Source: Candidatus Hydrogenedentota bacterium (lineage in GTDB: Bacteria > Hydrogenedentota > Hydrogenedentia > Hydrogenedentales > SLHB01). From it: 64,000 nucleotides of DNA. A program made the translations under genes and the position numbers. The stretch is from assembly GCA_045863295.1 (NCBI GenBank), contig BTWA01000028.1, positions 22,228 through 86,227 on the forward strand, read 5' to 3'. Under the pieces are notes generated by a model that made no database searches, had not been told where the DNA came from, and saw only the letters and a program-made list of their open reading frames with translations. This document shows positions 40,118 through 50,278 of this stretch, piece after piece (position 1 is the stretch's first letter; each line of letters starts with the position of its first letter).

Positions 40118-40221
40118 AGTAGGGCGATAGCTTCGCCTATGCCATTCGTTGCAGGGTGCTTCCGCAAATCGTTACACTCGCGCAAAGAGGCGGAACGCTG
40201 TATACACGGGGGAGGCATCCC

Positions 40222-41217
40222 ATGCACATGAAAATAGGTGTTTGCATCGTACTCGCGGGCATGATGGCGGGATGCGGCGGGCAGTCCCCTGCGGGAAATG
40301 AACCTTCGCAGTCTTCGCAGCCAGTTTCGCCCACCGCGGACACGGTCAAGGTGGCTTTCGTCACTAACAACCCCTCAGACTTCTGGAAGATTGCCGAAGC
40401 CGGTACCCGGAAAGCCTCCGAGGAATTGGGGTGCGAGGTGGAGTTTCGGGTACCTCCCAATGGCACGGCGCAGGAACAGCAGTCCATTCTTGAGGATCTC
40501 GTTACCCGGGGTATCGACGGCATTGCCATCAGCCCGAAAGATCCCGTGAATCAAACGTCCATGCTCAACGCAGCGGCGGCCAAGGTGCCGTTGGTGACGC
40601 AGGACTCCGACGCGCCTGACAGCGACCGCATCTGCTATATCGGCACAGACAATTACGAAGCGGGTATTGCCGCGGGAGGACTCATCAAGCGCGCCCTCCC
40701 GGAAGGCGGAAAGATCATGTTGTTTGTGGGCACGTTGGATGCTCAAAACGCACAGGATCGCAAGCGTGGAATCGAGGAAGCGTTGAAGGGGTCCAACATC
40801 ACGATTGTCGACACGCGCACTGACGAAACCGATCGCGTAAAGGCGATCAACAACGTTCAGGACGCGCTCGTATCGACGCCCGATTTGGTGGGAATGGTCG
40901 GTCTTTGGAGTTATAACGGCCCGGCGATTCTGAATGGCGTACGCGATTCGCGCAAACTGGGCCGAGTAAAAATCATCTGCTTCGACGAGGAAGAGGAAAC
41001 GCTCCAAGGCGTAAAGGACGGCCATATCGCGGGAACTATTGTGCAGCAGCCGTTCGAGTTTGGCTATCAATCAGTTAAATTGCTGGTGCAGTTGGCGGCG
41101 GGTGATCAATCCGGAGTTCCGGAATCGAAACAGCTGGTCATACCGGTAAAGACAATTACCCAGGAAAACTTGGAAGCGTTTTGGAGCGAACTCAAGCAAC
41201 AGACGGGCAAAGCGTGA
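40222..41217 (+). CDS. Sugar ABC transporter substrate-binding lipoprotein (RbsB-like)
   Basis: MAGC lipobox, DFW, YIGTDNYEAG, CFD, QQPFEFGY. Confidence 0.9.
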   Translation: MHMKIGVCIVLAGMMAGCGGQSPAGNEPSQSSQPVSPTADTVKVAFVTNNPSDFWKIAEAGTRKASEELGCEVEFRVPPNGTAQEQQSILEDLVTRGIDGIAISPKDPVNQTSMLNAAAAKVPLVTQDSDAPDSDRICYIGTDNYEAGIAAGGLIKRALPEGGKIMLFVGTLDAQNAQDRKRGIEEALKGSNITIVDTRTDETDRVKAINNVQDALVSTPDLVGMVGLWSYNGPAILNGVRDSRKLGRVKIICFDEEEETLQGVKDGHIAGTIVQQPFEFGYQSVKLLVQLAAGDQSGVPESKQLVIPVKTITQENLEAFWSELKQQTGKA

Positions 41218-42245
41218 GAAAGTCAGTCGGCTTGACAGGTTTCTTGGCTGTCTTGGTGGCAGGTACTATCGCCTGGGAACTGGCCACAACGGGTAGAACG
41301 ACCTTTCTCACAGCTGAGAATGGTAAGAATCTGCTGACGCTAGTTGGGCTTTACGGTATTTTGAGCCTCGGCCAGTCGATCGTCATTATCACCGGGGGTA
41401 TCGATCTTTCCGTCGGCAGTCTGGTTTGCCTTGCGGGGTCTTGCGCTGCTTTATGGATGGACAAGGGAGACGGGACTTCACCCTACATTGCTATCCCCGC
41501 GGTCCTATTCCTGTGCGCTGGCGTGGGCCTATGGCACGGCGTACTCATCACTAAAGCGCGCATGCAACCATTCGTGGTTACACTTTGCAGCCTTTTCTTC
41601 CTGCGTGGGTTTGCGCGGTTGATCACAGAGGACGGCACACAAGGGTTTGGCAGCGCGTTCGAAGGGTTGCGCTGGCTGGGCGGCGGTTCAATTTACGATC
41701 TTATTGGCGGCCGTGCCGACGGCATGGTACCCCCGCCCGAAAGTTTCATTCACATAGCCATGGACCTGATGCCTGCCTCGTTCCTGGTCATGTTGGTGCT
41801 GGCCTTGGTTCTTGGCCTTTACCTGCACCAGTCGCCGCAAGGACGGCACATATTTGCCCTTGGCGCCAATGAAGAGGCGGCCCGTTTCAGCGGAATTCGC
41901 ACGAACCGGCTCAAGTTGATCGCCTACATTGCATGTAGTCTGATATCCGGACTGGGTGGTTTGCTCATGGCATTCAAAAGTAACTCCATTCAGCCCTCCA
42001 ACTTCGGCAGCTTCTATGAGTTGTACGCCATTGCCGGCGCGGTTCTCGGTGGTTGCAGTCTGCGCGGAGGGTCGGGCGTAGTTGTGGGAGTTGTACTTGG
42101 CACCGCGATAATCCGCGTTTTGTACAATATGGTCAATTTGCTGAGCATCCCCAGTCAGTTGGAGTATGTTGTGATTGGTGGTGTAATCCTTGTGGGCGTG
42201 TTCGCCGATGAGGTATTTTCACAGCGGTCACGAACCGCACGTTAG
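41214..42245 (+). CDS. Sugar ABC transporter permease (RbsC-like)
   Basis: ITGGIDLSVGS, GANEEAARFSGI, YELYAIAGAVLGG; GTGA overlap. Confidence 0.9.
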   Translation: MRKSVGLTGFLAVLVAGTIAWELATTGRTTFLTAENGKNLLTLVGLYGILSLGQSIVIITGGIDLSVGSLVCLAGSCAALWMDKGDGTSPYIAIPAVLFLCAGVGLWHGVLITKARMQPFVVTLCSLFFLRGFARLITEDGTQGFGSAFEGLRWLGGGSIYDLIGGRADGMVPPPESFIHIAMDLMPASFLVMLVLALVLGLYLHQSPQGRHIFALGANEEAARFSGIRTNRLKLIAYIACSLISGLGGLLMAFKSNSIQPSNFGSFYELYAIAGAVLGGCSLRGGSGVVVGVVLGTAIIRVLYNMVNLLSIPSQLEYVVIGGVILVGVFADEVFSQRSRTAR

Positions 42246-42276
42246 AACCACGATCGACCGGATCGGACAGAGCCCT

Positions 42277-44529
42277 ATGTCGAATTACGAATACGCCGGA
42301 TACCTGAAATCCATCCTTTACGCTCCAGACCCGGGCGAAGCAGCCAGGGCGGAATCGGTTTTTTTCAGCGCGGACGACATCGCAAAGTGGAGCGTCAAGG
42401 ATTTTGACGTGGAAGCGGAGTGGAAGCGGATTCCAGTCCACCGATCGCGAACGGACCAGGGTGTCCGGTTGGTTGGCCGGTTTGAAGACGTCACCCGAAT
42501 TGATCTGGTGCCCAAAAATGCACCCCGCTTTTGGGTGCCCTTGGGAACGCTCAATCTTCAGGACAACCGCTTTCCCATTGATCTGAACTGGTACCCGATT
42601 CTTGAAGTAACCTACCGGTGCGCGAGCCCGAACGCAAGCCCGTGCTTGGCGTGGACGTATGCCGGAGGAAAGTGTTTGGAATCCCTGCCGGTTACTCAAG
42701 CGATGCGGACGGTGGTCAAGATGCTGCCTTGGAACGGCTTTCCCACTTTCCTGGACAAGCTCGTCTTGCGGCTGTACTCCAATTCCCGTACCACAGAGAC
42801 CCTTGAAGTTGAGTCTATTCGATTCCGCAAGTTGACGCCCGAAGAGCGGGAGGCTTGCGACCGCGATCTTGCCCGCCTGGATTCCACTCCTCGTCCGATG
42901 GCCAAGGAATGCTCGGCGTCGTTCTCGCCACTGGGCGTGACCATGAACGCGGACACGGTGCGCCGCAATGCCCAACTCCTGGGGGTATCGTTAGGCGAGT
43001 ATTGGGATCTGGCGATGGAGGACATCGTCCGTCATCACCACAATGCGGTCATTCTGGATCGAGCCCAGGAGTTGTCGGAACCGGAGTGGTCGGACTTGTT
43101 GTCGACCATGGCGCATCACGGGGTGCGGCTCGTACCTCAACTAAACTTGGACGTTGAGAATGAAGAGTACGTTCGGGAAGCGGTGGAGGCCTACGTCCGG
43201 CCACGAGCCGGCGACGATACCATTCTTGCGTGGCGAGTGAGCGGATGTGATGAAGACACGTCGTTGCACAAGCTGATCGCGCTCCGCAAACTGGTGGACG
43301 AGGCCGACTCGCGGCATCCGCTTGCCATTTGCACACGCGGAATCAACTCATATGCTGCTCTTGCTCCTCATTTTGATATCAGCGGAATCTCGTATGTCGA
43401 ATCGCATTCGCCGTGGCAGTTGGGCGAAGTGGTGCGCACTCACCAGCAATTGTGCAAGGGACAACAGTTCTGGCTCGACGGTCCGGCGTTCGTCTACGCG
43501 ACAGATACGCCGGAGTGGAGTACCTGCCCTGAAATGCGACTGATGGTAAATCTTGCATTTGCCAACGGCGCCCGTGGATGGTTTAGCCATGCATACTGCA
43601 ACGATCCGTTTTGGGTTACTGGCAGTTATCAAAGGACCTTAACCGGGCCCTTTCTCACGTTCAGCGACCTATGGCTGGAATTGGACCGGCGGATGGAGCG
43701 CCTCGCGGCAGTTACGCCGCTGCTGCTGGAAACCGAGCCTGCGTCTATTCCTCGATTGTGGTACGCCCAGAGTTCCATTGCCGAAGACAACTATAAATTG
43801 CCGGAGGGCATGGCGGCCGTAAGCTCTTACCGGCTCAAGGGTCCCGACTTCGACCTCTTTTTTGTGGTCAGCAATGACGTGCGCGGCATGTCCGCGCTGT
43901 ACGCCAACATTCCGCAGGATGCGTTAGAAGGGAATCAAATCTACGACCTGACTGACTTCATGCAAGAGCGGGTATGGAAGCCGATGAATCTTGAGCGCCA
44001 TTTGGAAATGTTTCCGGGGCAAGCGCAGGTGGTATTGCTGGGCCGGCCAGAAGTATGCGATCGGATTCACCACGTGGTGTCGAAGCACCTTATCAATGTG
44101 GATATGCAGCAATTAAATTTCTATTTGAAGATGGCACGCACCTATGGATTGGATATGGGGCCGGTCGAAGATCTCCTAAGCAAAGCTACAACCGGAGACA
44201 CGCTCATTGATCTGGCCATGACCGATCAGGCGCGCGACTTGTTGGTGGACATGATCTACAATACGCCGGACATCTTCCAACCCAGAAGCCATATTATTGA
44301 AATCAGCTCAGCCCTTTGCGCGTGCGACGGTGTCCTCTGCAGGATGATGAGCCGGGGCAAGGTGGAAGAAGCGATGGAATGGGGGCAGCGTGTAATTCCG
44401 CTGGCCCGTGAGGTGACGCGTTACCGCATTGAATTGCGGCGTGGGCTTGGTCACGACATCACCCCGCATACGGCGGATATAGTGAAGCGCACCCATTCAC
44501 TGCTCAATGAGTTACGAAATCTGCGGTGA
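42277..44529 (+). CDS. Large hypothetical protein, possible glycoside hydrolase-like barrel
   Basis: About 750-aa ORF without signal peptide; ILAW.V..DE and LAFANGARG patterns. Confidence 0.6.
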   Translation: MSNYEYAGYLKSILYAPDPGEAARAESVFFSADDIAKWSVKDFDVEAEWKRIPVHRSRTDQGVRLVGRFEDVTRIDLVPKNAPRFWVPLGTLNLQDNRFPIDLNWYPILEVTYRCASPNASPCLAWTYAGGKCLESLPVTQAMRTVVKMLPWNGFPTFLDKLVLRLYSNSRTTETLEVESIRFRKLTPEEREACDRDLARLDSTPRPMAKECSASFSPLGVTMNADTVRRNAQLLGVSLGEYWDLAMEDIVRHHHNAVILDRAQELSEPEWSDLLSTMAHHGVRLVPQLNLDVENEEYVREAVEAYVRPRAGDDTILAWRVSGCDEDTSLHKLIALRKLVDEADSRHPLAICTRGINSYAALAPHFDISGISYVESHSPWQLGEVVRTHQQLCKGQQFWLDGPAFVYATDTPEWSTCPEMRLMVNLAFANGARGWFSHAYCNDPFWVTGSYQRTLTGPFLTFSDLWLELDRRMERLAAVTPLLLETEPASIPRLWYAQSSIAEDNYKLPEGMAAVSSYRLKGPDFDLFFVVSNDVRGMSALYANIPQDALEGNQIYDLTDFMQERVWKPMNLERHLEMFPGQAQVVLLGRPEVCDRIHHVVSKHLINVDMQQLNFYLKMARTYGLDMGPVEDLLSKATTGDTLIDLAMTDQARDLLVDMIYNTPDIFQPRSHIIEISSALCACDGVLCRMMSRGKVEEAMEWGQRVIPLAREVTRYRIELRRGLGHDITPHTADIVKRTHSLLNELRNLR

Positions 44530-44670
44530 CGCAATGGTACCCCTGGCCGGATTCCGGCCCGGAATTACAATACTGCGATTCCCTGGGAACTCTGGCAGCC
44601 AGCCAGACATTGTAATGGGTAGGATCGCCGGATTCAGACTCAATTTACATCCCCCGTGGAGCCAACCCCT

Positions 44671-44699
44671 TTCAACCGCAACGGGTTAGGCGATATACT
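44671..44699 (+). promoter_or_regulatory. Putative sigma70 promoter of the exbB operon
   Basis: TTCAAC-N17-TATACT. Confidence 0.35.
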
Positions 44700-44891
44700 G
44701 TGCCGAAAGAAACCGGAAGTCGATCGGCGAAACCGTAGCCTTTCTGGTGCTTGGCAGGTGGACCGGGATGCCAATGCGGATGGCTGCGCGTACAAGCGAA
44801 CACGGTGGAAGTCCTGCTTGTCCCTAGCCAGATCCGAACTATGGAAAAGAAACTGCATTGGACGTTTCGAATGAGGAAGGAGCGTTGCGCG

Positions 44892-45683
44892 TTGCTTAGA
44901 ATTCCCTTAATCCTTTGGGTCGCCTTGGGGGCGCATTTCTGCGCATGGTCCCATGCGCAGGATATTCCAAATCTGGAATCCGGCACCCCTTCCGAGACCG
45001 CTGCCAGCCAGGAAGCCTCATCGTCCACCGACAATGCCGGTGCCGGTAGCGGATTTGAGGCCATGACCTTGATGGACATGATTCGTGCGGGCGGCGTGAT
45101 TTTGTACGCCATCATGGCGTTGAGTGTCTTTTCGCTGGTTATGGCCGTGTATTACCTGATTACCATAACGCCGGGCAGAGAGGCGCCTTCGTCGCTAATG
45201 AAACGCGCGGTAGCCCAGGTTCGTGCGGGGGATGTTCGAGGCGCATATCAAATGTGTGAGGAACGCGACGAACTGCTGGCGAATGTACTGCGGGCTGGAC
45301 TCAAGATGTATGGGCATGACCGTTTTGTGATCCAAGAGGCGATGGAGAGCGAGGGCGAACGCGGAGCCGCACAACTCTGGCAACGTATTTCCTATCTTAA
45401 CAATGTCGGCGCAATCGCACCATTGTTGGGCCTGTTGGGCACGGTGTGGGGCATGATGGGCGCGTTTGGAACCATCGCATTTAACAACACGGAATCTCGC
45501 GGCGAAGCAATGGCCTATAGCGTGGCGCAGGCCATGGTGACTACTGCCGCGGGCTTGATGCTGGCGATACCGGCTCTTCTCATCTACTACTATCTGCGAG
45601 GCCGTGTGGTCGCCATTGTGTGTTCGGTAGAATCATCTGCGACAGAGATGGTCGAACTACTGGCGCGGAGAAAAGAGGAATGA
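44892..45683 (+). CDS. MotA/TolQ/ExbB proton channel
   Basis: APLLGLLGTVWGM, AMVTTAAGL.LAIP; N-terminal signal/periplasmic extension. Start 44871 or 44892. Confidence 0.92.
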   Translation: MLRIPLILWVALGAHFCAWSHAQDIPNLESGTPSETAASQEASSSTDNAGAGSGFEAMTLMDMIRAGGVILYAIMALSVFSLVMAVYYLITITPGREAPSSLMKRAVAQVRAGDVRGAYQMCEERDELLANVLRAGLKMYGHDRFVIQEAMESEGERGAAQLWQRISYLNNVGAIAPLLGLLGTVWGMMGAFGTIAFNNTESRGEAMAYSVAQAMVTTAAGLMLAIPALLIYYYLRGRVVAIVCSVESSATEMVELLARRKEE

Positions 45684-46102
45684 ATTTTCGTAAGCACAGC
45701 GAGCATGAAGACAGCTCTCTCCAACTGGCACCGCTTATTGACATCGTCTTCTTGACGCTGGTGTTTTTCATGACAACCACGGTTTACTCCTCTCAAGAAC
45801 GCGAAGTGGACATTCAATTACCCACGGCGAGCACCTCTCAGCAAATTGAGCGGGCACGCGGCGAGATTTATATAAACATTCGAGAAGACGGACAGGTTGT
45901 CTTGAACAACCGCGAACTTACCCTCCCCGAATTGCAGGAAGTGTTATTTCAGGTGGCAGAGAGTTTTCCAGGCGGTTCGGTGATTGTTCGCGGCGACAGG
46001 CTTTCTCACTTGGGTGTGGCCCTTGGCGTATTGGACTGTTGCCGCAAAGCCGACATACAAAACGTGTCGTTTGCGGCAGTGCAGGATGAGTATGCGCAAT
46101 AA
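45680..46102 (+). CDS. ExbD/TolR
   Basis: APLIDIVFLTLVFFM with essential Asp; VIVRGD; ATGA overlap. Confidence 0.92.
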   Translation: MNFRKHSEHEDSSLQLAPLIDIVFLTLVFFMTTTVYSSQEREVDIQLPTASTSQQIERARGEIYINIREDGQVVLNNRELTLPELQEVLFQVAESFPGGSVIVRGDRLSHLGVALGVLDCCRKADIQNVSFAAVQDEYAQ

Positions 46103-48431
46103 ATTCGGCATTTGGGCGGCGACTGCCCTGATTTTCGCATCCGGGACAGTAGCGTCCTCCGCGCAGGATTCCGCTGAACAGGCCAAGATTGACGTGGCAA
46201 ACAGCTTCTTTGCGTACGGGTTTCACGATATTGCTGCCGAATCGTATCGCGAGTATTTGGATGCGTATCCAGAAGGTGCCTTTGCTACGGCTGCGTGGTA
46301 CCGGCTCGGTGAAAGCGAGTATAACGCGCGTCTATATGATTCCGCGCTGGCGGCGTTTGGCGAGTTGCTCAAGCGTGAGGTCGACACTGAGACAAGACTC
46401 CAAGCCACCCTACGGCGAGGCGAGATCCTCTACCGACTGGAACGACCGGACGAGGCTGTCCCTGTGCTCGAGTCTTTGGTGGGGCCCGACATTACAAGCG
46501 ATGTCCGGGCCGGGGCGTTGTACTACCTGGGCAAACTCCGATTTGACGGCGGCGATCCCGCGGCGGCCGCGAATGCATTGCAGATGCTCATCCAGGAAAT
46601 ACCAGAGACTCCCCTGGTTCCGTATGCCCGGTATCAGTTGGGCATGGTCCTACTGGCGCAGAATGCACTCGATTCTGCGGCGGCGGAATTCGCGGCGGTA
46701 TCAGCGTCAGATGCAGATTCCACGCTTCGAATGGAGAGTCTGTTTCGCGCGGCAGAAACCTACGATAGGCTCGGCTGGTTCGATGCTGCTGAAAAGACTT
46801 ACCGGCAACTGCAAACGGATTTCCCGGAATCCGTATACGCGGAACGGGCAGCGTACGGATATGCATGGGCTTTGTTTCACGCCGGCAAGTTTGATCAGTC
46901 TCGCGCGTCGGCCGCTGACTTTGCGAAGAAATACCCGCAATCCGAATTTGTCGCAGGAATGCGCTACCTGGAGGCCAATTGCGTTCAACAGTCCAAGGAC
47001 TACAACGCAGCGCTCGAACTGTATCAATCGGTGCAGGCGGACTTTCCAAAGTCTCCCTTTGCTCCGCGTGCGGCGCAGAAGGCCTGCTGGGTACTCTACT
47101 TGAGCGGCAAACGCGAAGAGTCCAAACAAGCTGTATCTGCTTTTCTAAATGCACATCGGGATACCGAACATGTCGGGGATGCGGCATTCTTGATGGGGCT
47201 GCTGCTCGCCGACGAAGGCCTGTTTGAGGGAGCCTTTCAAGAATTCCGGCTGGTTTCAGAGAAGTATCCGAACAGCGAATTTGCAGCGGACGCCTTGTAT
47301 AAAATGGGCGAGACCCTCTCGCAATTGCAGCGAATGGATGAGGCCGCCAAGGTTTTCAAAGCCTTCGCGCAACAGTATCCGGACAGCCCTTTGGCCGAGG
47401 ATGCGATACTGCGCGTGGGTGACGCCAAGTTTTTTGCGGCGTCATTCCAGGATGCGGTGAGCGAGTATAAGGCCATTTTGGCCGGTGCACCGGATCCGTA
47501 TAAAGAGGAAGAAACGCTGTACCGGCTGGCGATCACGTATCACAATATGCGCGATTTCAAGGCCAGTACCGACACATTTCGCACGATACTGGAGAAGTTT
47601 CCGGAGAGCCGCTATCGCGCCGAGGCGCGCGTGCGGATCGGCGACTATTTGGCGCGCGAAGGAAACGATCCCGTCAAGGCAGTGGAGTCGTACGAAGCCT
47701 CGCTTGCGATCGAACCCGACGGCGCGTACGCCGGGCGCGCCATGAAAGGCATCGCCCTGACCCGCTATGAGACCAAGGATTTGGACGGCGCAGCGGAGAT
47801 CTTCTTGCGCTTGATGAAGGAGTTTCCGGCGGAGAAATTGAATGAGCAGTCGTATCGCTGGACGGCGCAATACTTGCTCGACGCGCAGCGATGGGACGAT
47901 GCCATCACCGCGCTGAAAGCTTTACTGGAAGCATTTCCCGACTATCCAAATCCGGAACGCGTACGGCTCGAGATCGCAAAGTGCAACGAATTTGCCGGGC
48001 GGACGGACGAGGCGCTCGATCAATTCGAAGTGGTGGTAAAAGAAGCGCCGCGTAGTTCGTCGGCAGTCGAGGCCACCTACCGCGTGGCGCGGATACACGA
48101 GGATCGGAAAGACCTGGACAAGGCCTTGAAGTACTATGAAGAGGCTGCCAGCACCAATACGGGAGACACCGCAGCCCGCGCACGATTCCGGCAGGCAGAA
48201 CTGCTGGAACAACGCGAGAATTTCGAGGACGCGGCAAAGAGCTACTTGCTGGTTGCCATATTGTTTCTGCATCAGGAACTGTCGCCTGAATCGTTGATCC
48301 GCGCGGGACGTTGTTTTGAACAGGCAAACCGAATGGATCAGGCTCGAAAGGCGTATGAAGGGTTGGTCAAAGACTTTCCCGACAGCCCGCAGGCGGAAAA
48401 GGCCAAGGCTCGTTTGACTGAGTTGGGTTGA
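46086..48431 (+). CDS. Periplasmic multi-TPR protein (CpoB/YbgF-like repeats)
   Basis: Signal peptide, many TPRs with YP.S/FP.S turns; overlaps exbD. Confidence 0.85.
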   Translation: MSMRNKFGIWAATALIFASGTVASSAQDSAEQAKIDVANSFFAYGFHDIAAESYREYLDAYPEGAFATAAWYRLGESEYNARLYDSALAAFGELLKREVDTETRLQATLRRGEILYRLERPDEAVPVLESLVGPDITSDVRAGALYYLGKLRFDGGDPAAAANALQMLIQEIPETPLVPYARYQLGMVLLAQNALDSAAAEFAAVSASDADSTLRMESLFRAAETYDRLGWFDAAEKTYRQLQTDFPESVYAERAAYGYAWALFHAGKFDQSRASAADFAKKYPQSEFVAGMRYLEANCVQQSKDYNAALELYQSVQADFPKSPFAPRAAQKACWVLYLSGKREESKQAVSAFLNAHRDTEHVGDAAFLMGLLLADEGLFEGAFQEFRLVSEKYPNSEFAADALYKMGETLSQLQRMDEAAKVFKAFAQQYPDSPLAEDAILRVGDAKFFAASFQDAVSEYKAILAGAPDPYKEEETLYRLAITYHNMRDFKASTDTFRTILEKFPESRYRAEARVRIGDYLAREGNDPVKAVESYEASLAIEPDGAYAGRAMKGIALTRYETKDLDGAAEIFLRLMKEFPAEKLNEQSYRWTAQYLLDAQRWDDAITALKALLEAFPDYPNPERVRLEIAKCNEFAGRTDEALDQFEVVVKEAPRSSSAVEATYRVARIHEDRKDLDKALKYYEEAASTNTGDTAARARFRQAELLEQRENFEDAAKSYLLVAILFLHQELSPESLIRAGRCFEQANRMDQARKAYEGLVKDFPDSPQAEKAKARLTELG

Positions 48432-48453
48432 GGCGCTTTTGCGAGATAGCACG

Positions 48454-50220
48454 ATGTCCGATAAGCGAACCATCTTGATTGCCAGCGTCACGATATCCAT
48501 CGTGGCTCACGGCCTATTGTTGATTGCCGCGCCCCATGTAGACATGTTGGGGGCAAGCGCCTCGCCGGTGCCTCGACGACCGCTGATTCATGTGCAGTTG
48601 GTCGATGATGTACTTGCGCGCAATATGCCGGGCGATAGCGATGATTCTCTCCGTAATCTCGCGACAAGGCCCGGCACCATCGCGGATTTGTTATCGCAAC
48701 AAACCGAGACTCTGACACCTTCAAATCCGGCCCGGGTGGAGATTCCAAGGTTGACCGAACGCATTGTCCAGGATCCACTCCCTCTGCCCCCGTCGCCAGA
48801 GACGGATGAGGGTGTGTTGCGGCAGTTTGACAGTAAGATTATTGAGATCTCCGAGTCTCTAGCACGTGAAAATGTCGAAGTCGCCCGCCGACTTGTGCAA
48901 CCTGGCTTAGACCGAATTGTCGCGACGGACGAAGACCCCGTATTGCGCACGCCTGCAACTGAAATGGTGGATGAAGTCTTATTCATCGATCCGTTGAAAC
49001 CCGGCATCGGCCTGGAAGGACCGGGTGGGACTGTCAAAGGTGAGACTGGGAGCGATATGGATCGCCTATTGGAATATCCGGCCAAGCTGGAACCCATCCC
49101 TGAAGCATTAGAACCGGTTACAACCTTGCCTGAATTGCCCGTGGATCGTGACGTCGTTAGGTCGCGGGTAATGGAAAACGTGAAGCAGGAACGCCAATAC
49201 GTGGCGATGGACGAATTTGTGGAGATGCGTCTGGACGCGTTTATTCCCCCAGGCGAAAAGGAGGGATTCTTCCGCCTTCGAATTGTCCCCAAGGACGGAA
49301 ATGCGCTTGAAGCACTACCCAAAGACGTGACGTTTGTCATCGACGCGTCGAGCAGCATCCTTCAACGCAAGTTGGATGAGACTGTTGCCGGTGTGGGTAA
49401 ACTGGTGAATGGGCTAAAGGCCGACGATCGCTTCAACGTCGTTGTCTTTCGTGACAATCCATCGCAATTTCACACGGCGCCGGTAGCAGCCACACCTGAG
49501 AACAAGAAAGCGGCATTGGAATTCATCGGCGGTTTGCAAGCACGTGGAGAAACGGACATCTATCAGGCCATGCAACCCGCGATATTAACGCCTCCACGCA
49601 ACGGGATCCCGGGCATTGTACTTGTCATGTCCGATGGACGCCCCACAAAAGGCATCAAGGATGGGCGAGAGATCATTAACGCACTGACCCAGGAGAATGC
49701 ATTGAGGAACAGCATATTCGCTTTTTCTGGCGGACGCACCGTGAATCAATTCATGCTTGACTTGCTTGCCTACCGCAATAAGGGCGAGTGCAAAGTAGTG
49801 CCTCAAGTGGAAAGCATGGCCAGCGAGATGCAATCGTTTTTCGGCCAACTCTCGGACCCTCTGTTGGTAAACTGCAAAGCGGATTATGGCCGCATCGACG
49901 AGGATTCTGTATTTCCTAAAAATTTGCCGGATTTCTACCGCGGCCAGGCGGTCACAATTTATGGACGGTTTGATCCCACGCAGGATCATTCCATTGCCGT
50001 TCGACTTTCGGGCGTTGCGGGCGATGTTAAGAAGGAAGCTGCGTTCGCCGCCGATTTGCGGCAGGCGCAATCGGGCGATGCGGAAATCGCTCGCATGTGG
50101 GCGTTTCGAAAGATTTATGATTTGATTGGTGAAATTGTGCGCCAGGGAGAAGACCCCAAATTGTTGACCGAATTGCGTGAACTCGGCCGCACCTACAATA
50201 TTCGAACCAGTTACGATTAG
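48454..50220 (+). CDS. Membrane-anchored VWA-domain protein with TonB-like SxxxH anchor
   Basis: SIVAH TM helix, Pro-rich linker, MIDAS DASSS..GETD..MSDG. Confidence 0.8.
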   Translation: MSDKRTILIASVTISIVAHGLLLIAAPHVDMLGASASPVPRRPLIHVQLVDDVLARNMPGDSDDSLRNLATRPGTIADLLSQQTETLTPSNPARVEIPRLTERIVQDPLPLPPSPETDEGVLRQFDSKIIEISESLARENVEVARRLVQPGLDRIVATDEDPVLRTPATEMVDEVLFIDPLKPGIGLEGPGGTVKGETGSDMDRLLEYPAKLEPIPEALEPVTTLPELPVDRDVVRSRVMENVKQERQYVAMDEFVEMRLDAFIPPGEKEGFFRLRIVPKDGNALEALPKDVTFVIDASSSILQRKLDETVAGVGKLVNGLKADDRFNVVVFRDNPSQFHTAPVAATPENKKAALEFIGGLQARGETDIYQAMQPAILTPPRNGIPGIVLVMSDGRPTKGIKDGREIINALTQENALRNSIFAFSGGRTVNQFMLDLLAYRNKGECKVVPQVESMASEMQSFFGQLSDPLLVNCKADYGRIDEDSVFPKNLPDFYRGQAVTIYGRFDPTQDHSIAVRLSGVAGDVKKEAAFAADLRQAQSGDAEIARMWAFRKIYDLIGEIVRQGEDPKLLTELRELGRTYNIRTSYD

Positions 50221-50278
50221 TATTCACAGGCCTGCGCGGCCACACACCTCGCAAGACGGAACATGACCGGGGGAAGCC

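Noticed and set aside
44530..44890. Cobalamin riboswitch upstream of exbB
   Set aside because: No B12-box or GCCACTG/GGGAAG elements in the expected order.
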